Shown here piece after piece: positions 42,588 through 52,594 of a stretch of DNA of 64,000 nucleotides. The DNA is from Alphaproteobacteria bacterium (GTDB lineage Bacteria; Pseudomonadota; Alphaproteobacteria; SMXQ01). Positions within the stretch are counted from its first letter, which is position 1. Every line of letters begins with the position of its first letter. The DNA is taken from assembly GCA_038131655.1 (NCBI GenBank), contig JAYPPT010000002.1, positions 52,517 to 116,516 on the forward strand, read 5' to 3'. Made by a program: the position numbers and the translations under genes. The notes beneath the pieces were generated by a model that searched no databases, was not told the DNA's origin, and worked only from the letters and a program-made list of their open reading frames with translations.

Positions 42588-43010
42588 CTAGAGCGCGACC
42601 TGCTGCTGGCGGTCCTTCGTGAAGTAATCGCGATTATTCAATTGGCCCTTGCCGGCGATGACGATCTCGTCGCCCGGCTTCTTCACCTGGTAAAGCAGGG
42701 CGGGCGCTTCGCTTTCATTGTGCAGCTGATAATACTGCCCACCGGGAATCAGCACGCACATACCTTCTTCAAGGTGATGAACCTCCGGCTCCGCATCCTC
42801 GCTTTTCTTGGTTCGAACTGTCAGCTTACCTTTCAGGCATAAGAACGATTGTGACGTTCCCTTGTGGTAATGGAACTCGTTACGTCCGCCCGGTGAGTAA
42901 AGGTTAAGTGCGATCAGAAGATCCTCCTCCTTCGACAGCAGCTTGCGCTGGCGCGGGCGGTCTGGGTTCTGCATATCGATCGAATCGAAAATCCTGGTAA
43001 CCTGAGCCAT
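42588..43010 (-). CDS. Small cupin-domain protein
   Basis: Start MAQVTRIFDSIDM at 43010. Cupin motif ...NEFHYHKG...QSF. GC is lower than surrounding genes. Confidence 0.55.
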   Translation of the reverse strand: MAQVTRIFDSIDMQNPDRPRQRKLLSKEEDLLIALNLYSPGGRNEFHYHKGTSQSFLCLKGKLTVRTKKSEDAEPEVHHLEEGMCVLIPGGQYYQLHNESEAPALLYQVKKPGDEIVIAGKGQLNNRDYFTKDRQQQVAL

Positions 43011-43137
43011 GTCTGTTCCTCCATCGTTGGCGGCCTTTGCGGACTGTTGGTTGGAAGTGTAGCCGAATATACTCCCCTGAAAGGGCAAAAAGAAGGGGAG
43101 GGCTAGGCCCTCCCCATGATTGGTGCCATGGCTTGGG

Positions 43138-44391
43138 TTATTTGCAGTTGACTTCCTTTGCCTCGGCGCCGACGCGCAAGTAGACAAAAGTACAGGTCAT
43201 GCCTGGCTTGATATTCTTACGCTTGTTTTTTTTGCCGCCAATGGTGACCTTGGTGCGCGAACCGGAAACCTTGGCTGATACTTCCTTGCCCTCGTGCATC
43301 AGTGAGATCTTGCGACCACCTCTTTCGGTCTTGGTGACCTTGCCGGTGTGGTTGAGTATAGTGACTTTGGTCGTGACTTTGTTGGCATCGATGATCAGCT
43401 GCTTGACCTTAGGAGAAACATTCAGGGCCTCCTGGAATGCCTTGTCGACTTCCTCGCCGTAGCCCGCTTCGATGTCCCGGCCCTGGGCCTTGGCAGCCTT
43501 GCGTGCTTCCGGGTTTCCCAGTGCATACTTGTAGGCGGCACGGAGCGCCTCAAGACGGTCCGCCTTGATGCCCGGAGGTGCACCGGTCACCCGCCAGAAT
43601 TCACCGGCGAGGGTGGTCAGCTTGGCCAGTTGCAGGCCGTCTGGATCCTTTATCAGTTCATAGGCCGTGGGCACGTTCGGCAGGTCCGGATCCCGCTTGG
43701 TTGAATAGGTGGTGAGAATGCGGCCGCGGCCCTGCTTGTGGAAGTCGATATTGCTTTCGATCGACCCCATCATTACGTCGATTTCGCCGCGCATCATGGC
43801 AAGATGCGCGTCCGGTCCATCATAGCCCGGAATCATGCGGAACTTCAGGTTCATCGCGGCTTCCGACATCTTGGCGAAGACCCAGCGTCCCGAGCCCGGT
43901 CCACCGGTTGCCATTTTCAACGCCTTGCCCGCCGCGCGCATCTCGTCGATGCTTTTGTAAGGCAGCTTGCCGTTAACCATGATCAGCTGTGGCGAGCTCG
44001 AGGCCTTACCAAGGAAGTTCATTTTAGCGAGATCGTACTTGACGCCCTTCTTTTTCAGGATCTGGTTGAAGAACATCGCCGTGTTGAACGTGCCCATGGT
44101 TAGGCCGTCGGGCTTCGAATTGTAAATGAAGTTAGTGCCGATGATGTGGCCGGCGCCAGGCATATTGCGGACCACGAAGGTTGAGCCCTTCAGGTATTGG
44201 GACATGTACTTGGCAACCAGTCGGCCATAGAAGTCGAAACCGCCGCCGGCGCCGGTCGCGACGATATAGGTCGCGGTCTTTCCCTTGAAATAGGCGACGT
44301 CTTCCTTGGCTTTGGCGCTGTTCACTCCACCGAATCCGACCGCCGCGGCGAGTGTCACCGCGATGGCGATGGATGTCTTGCTGGGGTACAT
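43138..44391 (-). CDS. TctC/Bug-family periplasmic solute-binding protein with a conserved Cys-pair C-terminal extension (paralog A1)
   Basis: AGGAGG SD then MYPSKTSIAIAV signal peptide. Bug-type motifs ATGAGGGFDFYGR and FVVRNMPGAGHIIG. C-terminus ...SGSRTKVTIGGKKNKRKNIKPGMTCTFVYLRVGAEAKEVNCK. Confidence 0.7.
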   Translation of the reverse strand: MYPSKTSIAIAVTLAAAVGFGGVNSAKAKEDVAYFKGKTATYIVATGAGGGFDFYGRLVAKYMSQYLKGSTFVVRNMPGAGHIIGTNFIYNSKPDGLTMGTFNTAMFFNQILKKKGVKYDLAKMNFLGKASSSPQLIMVNGKLPYKSIDEMRAAGKALKMATGGPGSGRWVFAKMSEAAMNLKFRMIPGYDGPDAHLAMMRGEIDVMMGSIESNIDFHKQGRGRILTTYSTKRDPDLPNVPTAYELIKDPDGLQLAKLTTLAGEFWRVTGAPPGIKADRLEALRAAYKYALGNPEARKAAKAQGRDIEAGYGEEVDKAFQEALNVSPKVKQLIIDANKVTTKVTILNHTGKVTKTERGGRKISLMHEGKEVSAKVSGSRTKVTIGGKKNKRKNIKPGMTCTFVYLRVGAEAKEVNCK

Positions 44392-44588
44392 ACTGATGCC
44401 TCCTTTGACAGATGATTTGGGGATAGCGCCGGACCGGTCTTTGGACCGATTGTGGGCAGCAATTGACAGCCCGCGTCCTACTCGCCAAATTCTTTCGACG
44501 GTAACACGGGAGCAAACGGTGAGGCAAACCGTCCGTATCCCGCGGGAATTCTGTGAACAACCCGGCAAAAATAAAACAGGGGAAAAAA

Positions 44589-45830
44589 ATGAAAAAACGC
44601 CTTCAGGTAGAACGACGCACGCAGCGGTGGCAGGAACAGCGCTGGATTCTCGATGCGGTGATCGCCACCGTAGGTCCCGAATGGGACCAGGGCCGCATGT
44701 CCAAGGGCGCGCGAGCCGGATCAGAAGGTGCGGCGGCTTTCCGCACTGCATCATCGCGGATGAAGAGATTCAACGATATCGGTCCCGAATTTACCCGTCA
44801 GGGCCGGAAGGCGGAAGCTCGCGCAAAACAGTACGAGAAAGAAAAGCGCATGGTATCAGCGCGCGAGCAATATTTTATCGCCTCGCTTCTTTATGCATCG
44901 GCCCAGTGGCCTTATTTCGATTTCGACGACACCGTGGCAGAACTGGAAGAACGGATGAATGCGACGTTCGCCAAGTACTGTAAATACGCACCGCAGCCGA
45001 CACGCCGCGTCGAGATACCATTTGGTAAGGGCAAGACCCTTCCTGCGTATCTGCATTTGCCACGCAAGCCGGTAAGGGGTGAGCGCTTTCCGGTGACCCT
45101 GGTGACCGGCGGCATGGACGGCTCCAAGGAAAGCATGGTGTCAATGTACGGCGATCCGGCGTTGCAGCGCGGCTTCGCGGTATTGGCGCTGGACGGGCCG
45201 GGGCAGGGCGAATGCCCTGGCCGGGGTATCTACCTGACCCCGACCAACTTCGGCGATGCTGGTGCAGCTTGTGTTGATTGGCTGTGCGACCAGCCGGAGA
45301 TAGATCCGGACGGCGTCGTTATCCGCGGCTCCTCCTTCGGCACCTACTTCGGGACCCAGGCTGCAGCGGGGCTCGGCAACCGTATCAAGGGTGTCTGTGC
45401 CACTGGCATTTGCCAGGAACCGGGTGCGCATACCATCTTCAACATGGCGTCGCCCACCTTCAAGGTGCGCTTCATGTTCATGTGCGGCTTCGAGGACGAA
45501 GCCAAGTTCGACAAGTTCGTCCAAGGCTTCGACCTACGCAAGGTCGCAGCCAAGGTCAAATGTCCGTACATGATCGTGGCCGGTGAGGACGATCAGCTTT
45601 CCCCGGTGGAGCACACCTACAAGCTATTCGAGAAGATCAAGGCGCCGCGTCGCCTGGTGGTTTACGAAAGTGCGAACCATTCAATCAAGGGGGGACCAGC
45701 GGCTGCCAATGGCGAGAACCGGGAAACCATGATGATGGATTGGATGCTCGACCGGGTGACGGGCAAATCGATGAAATCCGAGCTCTGGTATATCGATTCT
45801 GCCGGGAAGGCCAACATTACCAGGTATTAG
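44589..45830 (+). CDS. Alpha/beta-hydrolase (DHPON-hydrolase/FrsA-like family)
   Basis: ~414 aa with the GSSFGTY nucleophile elbow. Family members include C-C bond hydrolases. Confidence 0.65.
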   Translation: MKKRLQVERRTQRWQEQRWILDAVIATVGPEWDQGRMSKGARAGSEGAAAFRTASSRMKRFNDIGPEFTRQGRKAEARAKQYEKEKRMVSAREQYFIASLLYASAQWPYFDFDDTVAELEERMNATFAKYCKYAPQPTRRVEIPFGKGKTLPAYLHLPRKPVRGERFPVTLVTGGMDGSKESMVSMYGDPALQRGFAVLALDGPGQGECPGRGIYLTPTNFGDAGAACVDWLCDQPEIDPDGVVIRGSSFGTYFGTQAAAGLGNRIKGVCATGICQEPGAHTIFNMASPTFKVRFMFMCGFEDEAKFDKFVQGFDLRKVAAKVKCPYMIVAGEDDQLSPVEHTYKLFEKIKAPRRLVVYESANHSIKGGPAAANGENRETMMMDWMLDRVTGKSMKSELWYIDSAGKANITRY

Positions 45831-45871
45831 GTAGTTGAAACCGGGGGCGAGCCTCCTGTTGGCGAAGCCGA

Positions 45872-46063
45872 TTGCAGAGGTGGGGCCGGGTGATCGTGAT
45901 CAGCAATGCAGGACGGGCGGTTTCGGCCAATGCCTTTGAGCCGCGCACCAAGGTTACCGTCGGCGGCAAACCGGCTAAGCGTTCGGCCCTCAAGCAGGGC
46001 GTGACCTGTACTTTCCACTATCCGAGCCCCGGCGCTGAGGCTGAGCAGATCATTTCCAAATAG
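45872..46063 (+). pseudogene. Stand-alone degenerate copy of the TctC-paralog C-terminal extension
   Basis: Encodes ...EPRTKVTVGGKPAKRSALKQGVTCTFHYPSPGAEAEQIISK. Nucleotide-level similarity to the 3' ends of the A-type paralogs; no upstream TctC domain; second Cys lost. Confidence 0.5.
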
Positions 46064-46092
46064 CCCGGTATCTATTAATTTTAGCGACTTAG

Positions 46093-46120
46093 GCGGGCCC
46101 GAAAGGCCCGCCCATCTTTC
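46093..46120 (+). terminator. Candidate terminator hairpin
   Basis: ggcgggcc-cgaaa-ggcccgcc followed by catctttc. Confidence 0.35.
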
Positions 46121-46257
46121 TGTCGGTCTCTGTCGCCTTGCGGCAGGAAGAGCTAGCGGTTAGTTTTTTGCCTTAGCCAGGGGTCCTAGCGCGCGAGATC
46201 AAGCAATAAAATGCGCGCAGTTGACGGGCGCTTGCCTCGATAAACAGGGAGCCAAGC

Positions 46258-47496
46258 ATGCACAGCATAAACACCAAGAGAATAGTATTGGGCCTCGCGG
46301 CCGGCATGGCCATGTCGTTGGCGGGGACCGCGGGGGCCACCGACAAAGGCAAGGCCTATTTCAACGGCAAGACGGTGGAATGGATCGTCGCCACGGCGCC
46401 CGGCGGCGGCCACGATTTCTGGGGGCGGCTGGTGGCGGGCTCGATGCAGAAGCATCTTCCCGGCTCGACCTTCGTGGTAAAGAACCGGCCCGGTGCCGGC
46501 CATGTTATCGGCGCCAACCTGATCTACAACGCCAAGCCCAACGGGCTGACCCTGGGCAATTTCACCACGGGATTGCTCTATTCGTCGCTGCTCAAGACCA
46601 AGGGTATCCGCTTCGACTTGGCCAAGATGTCGTGGCTCGGCAAGGTAACGTCCGAACGCCGCGTCCTGTCCGTGGGACAGAAATCCGAATTCAAGTCCTT
46701 TCAGGACATGATCGATTCCAAGCGGATCATTAAGTTCTCGGCCACCGGGGTGGGCTCCAACACCCATACGGAAGCCTTCCTGCTGGGCACGGCCTTCAAG
46801 ATCCCGTTCAGGATCATCACCGGCTACACCAGTTCTTCGGCGGCGCTGGCCATCCTGCGGGGTGAGATAGACGCCATGACCGGGGGCGAGGATTCGGCCG
46901 CGTCCTATGAGAAGGCCGGGCATATCCGCAACGTCATGATGATCGGCGCGGGCAAGCCCGGCGTTGTCGATGCCGCCGATTACGCCAAGACGCCGCTGGC
47001 CAAGTCCGTGGTCAGGCTGATGGGGGCCATGGGCACGTTGTCGCGCATCATGGCCGGCCCCCCGGCCATCCCGGCGGACCGCCTGGCGGCGCTGCGCACG
47101 GCGTTCCGCGAATCGCTCGAAAGCCCGTCGCTGCAGGCGGCGGCAAAAAAGGCGGGCCGCGGGATCGAGCCGGCCTATGGCGATGATGTCGGCCGCCTTG
47201 TCGCGGAACTGATGGACCAGCCGCCGGAGGTGGTGGCGATGCTCAATGAGCTGTCCAAGGTCCGGGTTGCAATGGTCAAGCACGAGGGCAAGGTCACCCA
47301 GACCAAGCGGGGCGGGAGGCAGGTATTCATCAGCCACAAGGGCAAGGAGGTCTGGGCCAAGATCTCCGGTTCGCGCACCAAGGTGACGGTCAATGGCAAG
47401 CCCGCCAAGCGCAAGGCGATCAAGGTGGGCATGACCTGCGCGTTTTCCTACCCGCGCGCCAATGCCGAGGCCAAGAAGGTTGACTGTAGAAAATAA
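46258..47496 (+). CDS. TctC/Bug-family binding protein with Cys-pair C-terminal extension (paralog A2)
   Basis: Signal peptide. Motifs ATAPGGGHDFWGR and FVVKNRPGAGHVIG. C-terminus ...SGSRTKVTVNGKPAKRKAIKVGMTCAFSYPRANAEAKKVDCRK. Confidence 0.75.
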   Translation: MHSINTKRIVLGLAAGMAMSLAGTAGATDKGKAYFNGKTVEWIVATAPGGGHDFWGRLVAGSMQKHLPGSTFVVKNRPGAGHVIGANLIYNAKPNGLTLGNFTTGLLYSSLLKTKGIRFDLAKMSWLGKVTSERRVLSVGQKSEFKSFQDMIDSKRIIKFSATGVGSNTHTEAFLLGTAFKIPFRIITGYTSSSAALAILRGEIDAMTGGEDSAASYEKAGHIRNVMMIGAGKPGVVDAADYAKTPLAKSVVRLMGAMGTLSRIMAGPPAIPADRLAALRTAFRESLESPSLQAAAKKAGRGIEPAYGDDVGRLVAELMDQPPEVVAMLNELSKVRVAMVKHEGKVTQTKRGGRQVFISHKGKEVWAKISGSRTKVTVNGKPAKRKAIKVGMTCAFSYPRANAEAKKVDCRK

Positions 47497-47699
47497 AATA
47501 AAATCATAACAGTTGGTTACATTCAACTTCTAAAGTTAATTCTTTGGATGAGCCGGGCCGGGTTTCCGGGGTTGAACCGACCCGGCCCAGCGGCTAGCCT
47601 TGGGCTCAATACAGGGAAAGACCTCGAATAATATAATATGCAACTGCGGTTTAAACGCATGTGTCAGGGGTCTTTCGGCACAAGAACTGGGAGACGAAA

Positions 47700-48938
47700 A
47701 TGAAACATCCTTCACAGAACTGGGCCGGCTACGCGATCGCGGCGGCGGCAGGACTGGCGCTTGCCGCGCCGGCGGTGGCGGCCGAAAAGGGCGCGGCTTA
47801 TTTCAAGGGCAAGACGGTCGAATGGATCGTTACCACGGCGCCGGGCGGTGGCCACGATTTCTGGGGCCGGTTGCTGTCCAACACCATGGAAAAGAAGCTG
47901 CCGGGCTCGACCTTCGTGGTCAAGAACCGGCCGGGTGCCGGGCATATCATCGGCGTCAACCTGATCTACAGTTCCACCCCCAACGGGCTGACGATGGGTA
48001 ATTTCACCACCGGTCTGGCCTATTCCCAGGTGTTGAAGAAGAAGGGCATCCGCTTCGATCTGGCCAAGATGTCGTGGCTCGGCAAGCTGGCGTCGGAGCC
48101 GCGCACCATGTCGGTGGCGAAGAATTCGCCCTTCAAGAATTTCGAAGACATTCTCAAGTCCAAGCGGGTGCTGAAGTTCTCGGCTTCCGGCGTGGGGTCC
48201 GGCTCCTATACGGACAGTTTCATGGTCGGCCAGGCTTTCGGCCTGCCGTACCGGATCATTACCGGCTATTCCGGCTCCCAGTCGGCGCTGGCGATGCTGC
48301 GCGGCGAAGTGGACATTCTCATGGGTAGCGAGGATTCGGCGCTGGCCTACCAGCGTGCCGGTCAGCTGCGCATCGTCATGCAGGTCGGTGGCGGCGTGAA
48401 AGGCGTGCAGGACGGCCGGGATTACGCCAACAACCCGCAGGCCAAGGCGGTGATGCGGCTGCTGTCGCAGATGGGGGCGCTGTCGCGCATTGCCGCCGGT
48501 CCGCCGAATATCCCCGCTGATCGCCTTGCGGCGCTGCGGGCCGCGTTCAAGGCTTCGACCGAGGATGCGGAATTCCGCGCCGCGGCCAAGCGCGCGGGGC
48601 GTTCGATCGAGCCCGCCTTCGGCGAGGACGTTCAGAAAATGATCGTCGCACTGATGGATCAGCCGCCGGAAATCGTGGACCTGCTCAAGAAGCTGTCCAC
48701 GGTCAAGGTGGACATGATCCAGCACGTCGGTCCGGTGACCCAGATCAAGCGGGGTGGGCGCCAGGTGTACATCTCCAACAAGGGCAAAGAGGTGTTCGCC
48801 AAGATTTCCGGTTCGCGCACCCGAGTGACCGTTGACAACAAGAAGGCCAAGAGAAAGGCCATCAAAAAAGGGATGACCTGCACCTTCACCTATCCTCGGG
48901 CGAATGCCGAGGCGAAGAAGGTGGATTGCAAGAGCTAG
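47700..48938 (+). CDS. TctC/Bug-family binding protein with Cys-pair C-terminal extension (paralog A3)
   Basis: ~75% identical to A2. C-terminus ...SGSRTRVTVDNKKAKRKAIKKGMTCTFTYPRANAEAKKVDCKS. Confidence 0.75.
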   Translation: MKHPSQNWAGYAIAAAAGLALAAPAVAAEKGAAYFKGKTVEWIVTTAPGGGHDFWGRLLSNTMEKKLPGSTFVVKNRPGAGHIIGVNLIYSSTPNGLTMGNFTTGLAYSQVLKKKGIRFDLAKMSWLGKLASEPRTMSVAKNSPFKNFEDILKSKRVLKFSASGVGSGSYTDSFMVGQAFGLPYRIITGYSGSQSALAMLRGEVDILMGSEDSALAYQRAGQLRIVMQVGGGVKGVQDGRDYANNPQAKAVMRLLSQMGALSRIAAGPPNIPADRLAALRAAFKASTEDAEFRAAAKRAGRSIEPAFGEDVQKMIVALMDQPPEIVDLLKKLSTVKVDMIQHVGPVTQIKRGGRQVYISNKGKEVFAKISGSRTRVTVDNKKAKRKAIKKGMTCTFTYPRANAEAKKVDCKS

Positions 48939-48974
48939 GTAGCTTGCGCGCTACCGCTTGGCGGGTTCCGCTTC

Positions 48975-48993
48975 GGCGGGCCCGCCTTTTTCT
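48975..48993 (+). terminator. Rho-independent terminator
   Basis: ggcggg/cccgcc followed by ttttt. Confidence 0.55.
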
Positions 48994-49125
48994 TTGCCAG
49001 GAGCCCGGAATCCGCCGGGCGGCGGGATCGCGGTTGATCGGGCACGGGGGCTCGGCTAGCATCCGGAGGCTAACTCGCGCCCTCGCAACCAAAAAAAACA
49101 AGCGCGGAAACTATGGGGAGATTTC

Positions 49126-49524
49126 ATGGCCAAGATTCGCCATTTTGCTATCGTTTCCACGGACCCGGGCAAGCTCGCGGATTTTTACGAGCGGGTCTTC
49201 GAGATGGAGGTCCTGCACCGCGCCGATAACGGCAGCGTGTTCATGACCGACGGTTATCTCAACCTCGCCATCTTGCTCAACAAGGCCGAGGGCAAGCCCA
49301 GTGGCCTGAATCATTTCGGCTTTCATGTCGAGGATTCGGCGGAAATCGCGCGCCGGCTTGAAAGCGAAGGCCTGCCGGGACCGGCGAAGCGCCCCGCCGA
49401 TCGCCATTACGCGCAGTTCCGGGCCTTTGACCCGGACGGCAACAATTTCGATCTTTCAGAAAACGGGTACGAAACCGTACGGCCCGATCGCATGTCGTCG
49501 GTCAAGGCAAAAACGCCGGCCTGA
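49126..49524 (+). CDS. VOC/glyoxalase-family protein
   Basis: 132 aa: MAKIRHFAIVSTDPGKLADFYERVFEM...LNHFGFHVED. Confidence 0.75.
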   Translation: MAKIRHFAIVSTDPGKLADFYERVFEMEVLHRADNGSVFMTDGYLNLAILLNKAEGKPSGLNHFGFHVEDSAEIARRLESEGLPGPAKRPADRHYAQFRAFDPDGNNFDLSENGYETVRPDRMSSVKAKTPA

Positions 49525-49559
49525 CGCATCCCACTTATTCCACGAACAGGGAGAGAGAT

Positions 49560-50855
49560 ATGAGCATCATTCAAAAACTGGCTTTCGCTGGTGTCGCGGC
49601 AGGAGCGTTCGCTATTGCCGCGCAGGCACCGGTGCAGGCTGCGGATTTTTATAAGGGCAAGACCATCAAGGTTGTCATCGGCTATAGCGCTGGCGGTGGT
49701 TACGATATCTACGCCCGCGCCGTTGCGCGTTATCTCGGTCGCTATGTGCCGGGCAATCCAAACGTCATTTCCCAGAATATGACCGGCGCGGGCAGTGTGC
49801 GCGCCGCCAATTATCTTTACGTTCAGGCGCCGAAGGACGGCACCCAGTTCGGTACGTTCTCTCGCGGGTTGCCCCTCCTGGCACTGACCGGTGCGGACAA
49901 GAACGTGCGTTTCGATCCGACCAAGTTCAAATGGATTGGCAGTACGTCGAGCTATGCCGATGACGCCTATGTGTTTACCGTGCGGCGCGACAAGGGCATC
50001 ACGTCGGTGCGTGAGTTGATGGGCAAGAATGCCAAGCTGGTTACCTTCGGTTCGACCAACTACGGTTCCACCGGGTTCGATGTTCCGCTGGTGCTGAAGG
50101 ATACGTTGGGCCTCAACATCAAGCTGGTTCATGGTTATCCCGGCGGTAGTGCCATCAACCTGGCGATCGAGCGCAAGGAAATGGATGGCCGTACCCAGGG
50201 CCTGTCGTCACTGAGTTCAATGGGCGGCGACTGGAAAAAGGACCGTATTGGGCTGGTGCAGTTCGCCCGCGGAAATGTCCGTCACCCGGACCTGGCTGAC
50301 GTGCCAACGGCGCGTGAACTTGCGACCCGCGAAGACGACCGCAGGCTGATCGACATGCTGGAAACGGCGTTCTTCATGGCGCGTCCGTTTGCCGCCCCTC
50401 CGGGGGTTCCCGTGGACCGCATCAAGGTCCTGCGTACCGCTTTCATGGCGGCCCAGAAAGATCCGAAGTACGTCAAGGACATGGGTAAGCTGGGCATGGA
50501 CATAAGCCCTAAAAGCGGCGAAGAGGTTGAACAGATCGTCGCCCGAATTATGAGCACGCCCAAGCCCTTGCTCGCGCGCTACAAGTCGATCATTGAAAAT
50601 CCTAAGGCGGAGCCACGCAAGGTCAACTGGATCCTGTCCGAAGGCACGATCAGCAAGGTCGGCAAGAAGGGCCGCATCCAGATCAAGGTCGCGGGCAAGT
50701 CCAAGGCCTTCAAGACCCGGATGCGCAAGGGCTATACCAAGATCACGGTCAACGGCAAGAAGGCCAAGATCAAGTCGGTCAAGGAAGGTATGACCTGTAA
50801 GATCTGGCACGAAGGGCCTAAGTCCACTGCCGGCAAGGCTGAATGCACCAAATAG
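49560..50855 (+). CDS. TctC/Bug-family binding protein with Cys-pair C-terminal extension (paralog B1)
   Basis: Signal peptide. Motifs GYSAGGGYDIYAR and NMTGAGSVRAANY. C-terminus ...KITVNGKKAKIKSVKEGMTCKIWHEGPKSTAGKAECTK. Confidence 0.75.
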   Translation: MSIIQKLAFAGVAAGAFAIAAQAPVQAADFYKGKTIKVVIGYSAGGGYDIYARAVARYLGRYVPGNPNVISQNMTGAGSVRAANYLYVQAPKDGTQFGTFSRGLPLLALTGADKNVRFDPTKFKWIGSTSSYADDAYVFTVRRDKGITSVRELMGKNAKLVTFGSTNYGSTGFDVPLVLKDTLGLNIKLVHGYPGGSAINLAIERKEMDGRTQGLSSLSSMGGDWKKDRIGLVQFARGNVRHPDLADVPTARELATREDDRRLIDMLETAFFMARPFAAPPGVPVDRIKVLRTAFMAAQKDPKYVKDMGKLGMDISPKSGEEVEQIVARIMSTPKPLLARYKSIIENPKAEPRKVNWILSEGTISKVGKKGRIQIKVAGKSKAFKTRMRKGYTKITVNGKKAKIKSVKEGMTCKIWHEGPKSTAGKAECTK

Positions 50856-50874
50856 ATTCGGTTCAGGGGCGAAG

Positions 50875-50899
50875 AGGCGGGACCGTGTTCCCGCCTTTT
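50875..50899 (+). terminator. Rho-independent terminator
   Basis: ggcggg-N8-cccgcc followed by ttttt. Confidence 0.55.
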
Positions 50900-51041
50900 T
50901 GTGCCCAAGGTGCGGTAAATATGCAACATTTTGTTGTATTGATCCCACATCCACAAGTCGTTAGCATCCGCCCAAGAAATCAAGAAAGGCCGCTGAACCT
51001 CACCCAAGAGGGCGGCGTTGATATTTGAAAGGCAGGGAAAT

Positions 51042-52340
51042 ATGTCAACCCATCTCCATTTGGGGCGAGTTTCGCTCGCCCTCGTGTTCGGGCTCGGGGT
51101 TGCCGCTCATGGCGCGGCGCAGGTCGGGGCCGCTGAATTGTACGAAGGCAAGACCGTCAAGGTGATGATCGGTTACGGGGCCGGCGGCGGCTACGATACT
51201 TATGGTCGCTTCGTCGCACGCAATATCGGCAGGCATTTGCCGGGCAAGCCCAGCACCATCACCCAGAACATGCCCGGCGCCGGTTCGATCGCCGTGGTCA
51301 ACTATATCTACAAGCAGGGTGCCAAGAATGGCACCGAGTTCGCCATTTTCGCCCGCTCCGCGCCGATTCTCGCGCTGGCCGGAAAAAGCAAGCAGGCCCG
51401 GTTCGATCCGCTGAAGCTCACCTGGGTCGGCAGCTCGTCGAGCTACAAGGGCGAGGCCTACATGATGATGGTGCGCAAGGACACGGGCATCACTTCCATC
51501 AACGACTTGCGCAAGGCCAAGAAGGAGCTTCGTTTCGCCGCAACCTCGTTTGGCTCCGACGGCACCGACGTGCCGATCGTGCTGCGCGAAGTCCTTGGCC
51601 TCAACATCGTGCCGCTGCGCGGTTATCCGGGCGGCAATTCGCTTTATCTCGCGGTCGAGCGCGGTGAAGCGCAGGGCCGCATGACGGGCTTTGCCTCAAT
51701 GAAGACGGCGCAGCCGGGATGGCTCAAGCCGGACGCCCCGGTGCGGCCGATCCTTCAGTTCGCCACCCAGACCCGCCTGCCGGAATTTCCCGACGTGCCG
51801 ACCGCACGCGAGATTGCGACCAAGGCGGATGACCTGGCCCTGATCGAGATGCTGGAAGCGCCGTTCTACATGGCCCGGCCTTTTGCCGCGCCGCCGGACC
51901 TGCCCGCGGAGATCACCAAGGCCCTGCGTACGGGCTTCATGAAGGCGCACCAGGATCCGGTCGCATTGAAGGAAGCGAAGAAGCTGCGTCTCGACCTGTC
52001 CCCCGCTGACGGTGCCGAAGTGCATAAGGTCATCGAGCGCCTGGCGGCGATGCCGAAGTCGCTTTACGACCGCTATAACGACATCCTGAAGGACCCGAAG
52101 TCGCCGATCCGCCAGGTCAAGTGGCAGATCGTGGAGGGTGAGCTTTCCAAGATTGCGAAGAAGGGCCGGGTCGAACTGGTCTCCGGCGGCAAGACCCACA
52201 AGGTCCGGGTCACCGGCGGCTACACCGAGCTTACGATCAAGGGCAAGGCCGCGAAGGACAAGGCCCTGAAGACCGGCATGACCTGCAAGGTCTGGTACGA
52301 AGGCAACGGCTCCGCCGCCGGCAAGATGGAATGCAAATAA
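51042..52340 (+). CDS. TctC/Bug-family binding protein with Cys-pair C-terminal extension (paralog B2)
   Basis: MSTHLHLGRVSLALVFG... Motifs GYGAGGGYDTYGR and NMPGAGSIAVVNY. C-terminus ...LTIKGKAAKDKALKTGMTCKVWYEGNGSAAGKMECK. Confidence 0.75.
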   Translation: MSTHLHLGRVSLALVFGLGVAAHGAAQVGAAELYEGKTVKVMIGYGAGGGYDTYGRFVARNIGRHLPGKPSTITQNMPGAGSIAVVNYIYKQGAKNGTEFAIFARSAPILALAGKSKQARFDPLKLTWVGSSSSYKGEAYMMMVRKDTGITSINDLRKAKKELRFAATSFGSDGTDVPIVLREVLGLNIVPLRGYPGGNSLYLAVERGEAQGRMTGFASMKTAQPGWLKPDAPVRPILQFATQTRLPEFPDVPTAREIATKADDLALIEMLEAPFYMARPFAAPPDLPAEITKALRTGFMKAHQDPVALKEAKKLRLDLSPADGAEVHKVIERLAAMPKSLYDRYNDILKDPKSPIRQVKWQIVEGELSKIAKKGRVELVSGGKTHKVRVTGGYTELTIKGKAAKDKALKTGMTCKVWYEGNGSAAGKMECK

Positions 52341-52373
52341 CCTTCTGATCGGCGATCGCCGAAACGACTGCTG

Positions 52374-52405
52374 GGGCGCGAATCTTCGGATTCGCGCTCT
52401 TTTTT
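52374..52405 (+). terminator. Rho-independent terminator
   Basis: gcgcgaatc-ttcg-gattcgcgc followed by tctttttt. Confidence 0.6.
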
Positions 52406-52594
52406 GGCCGAAAAGCCACTTTATAAAATATATGTTTTTGATAACCCATTGAAATTAAATAATCTTAAGTTCTTAAGACGCTCCATGCGTTGCCCCGGCC
52501 CAAGAAAGCTTGTTAGCATCTTCTTATTCATGGCGGAGGCGACAAGGCGCTGAAGAAACCCGGCCCCGCCGCACAGAAGAACTGGGAGACTGAA

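Noticed and set aside
47555-47587. 9-bp perfect hairpin (gggccgggt…acccggccc) after paralog A2 as a terminator
   Set aside because: It has a 15-nt loop and no downstream T-run, so it is not a convincing intrinsic terminator. It may still be a structural or REP-like element.
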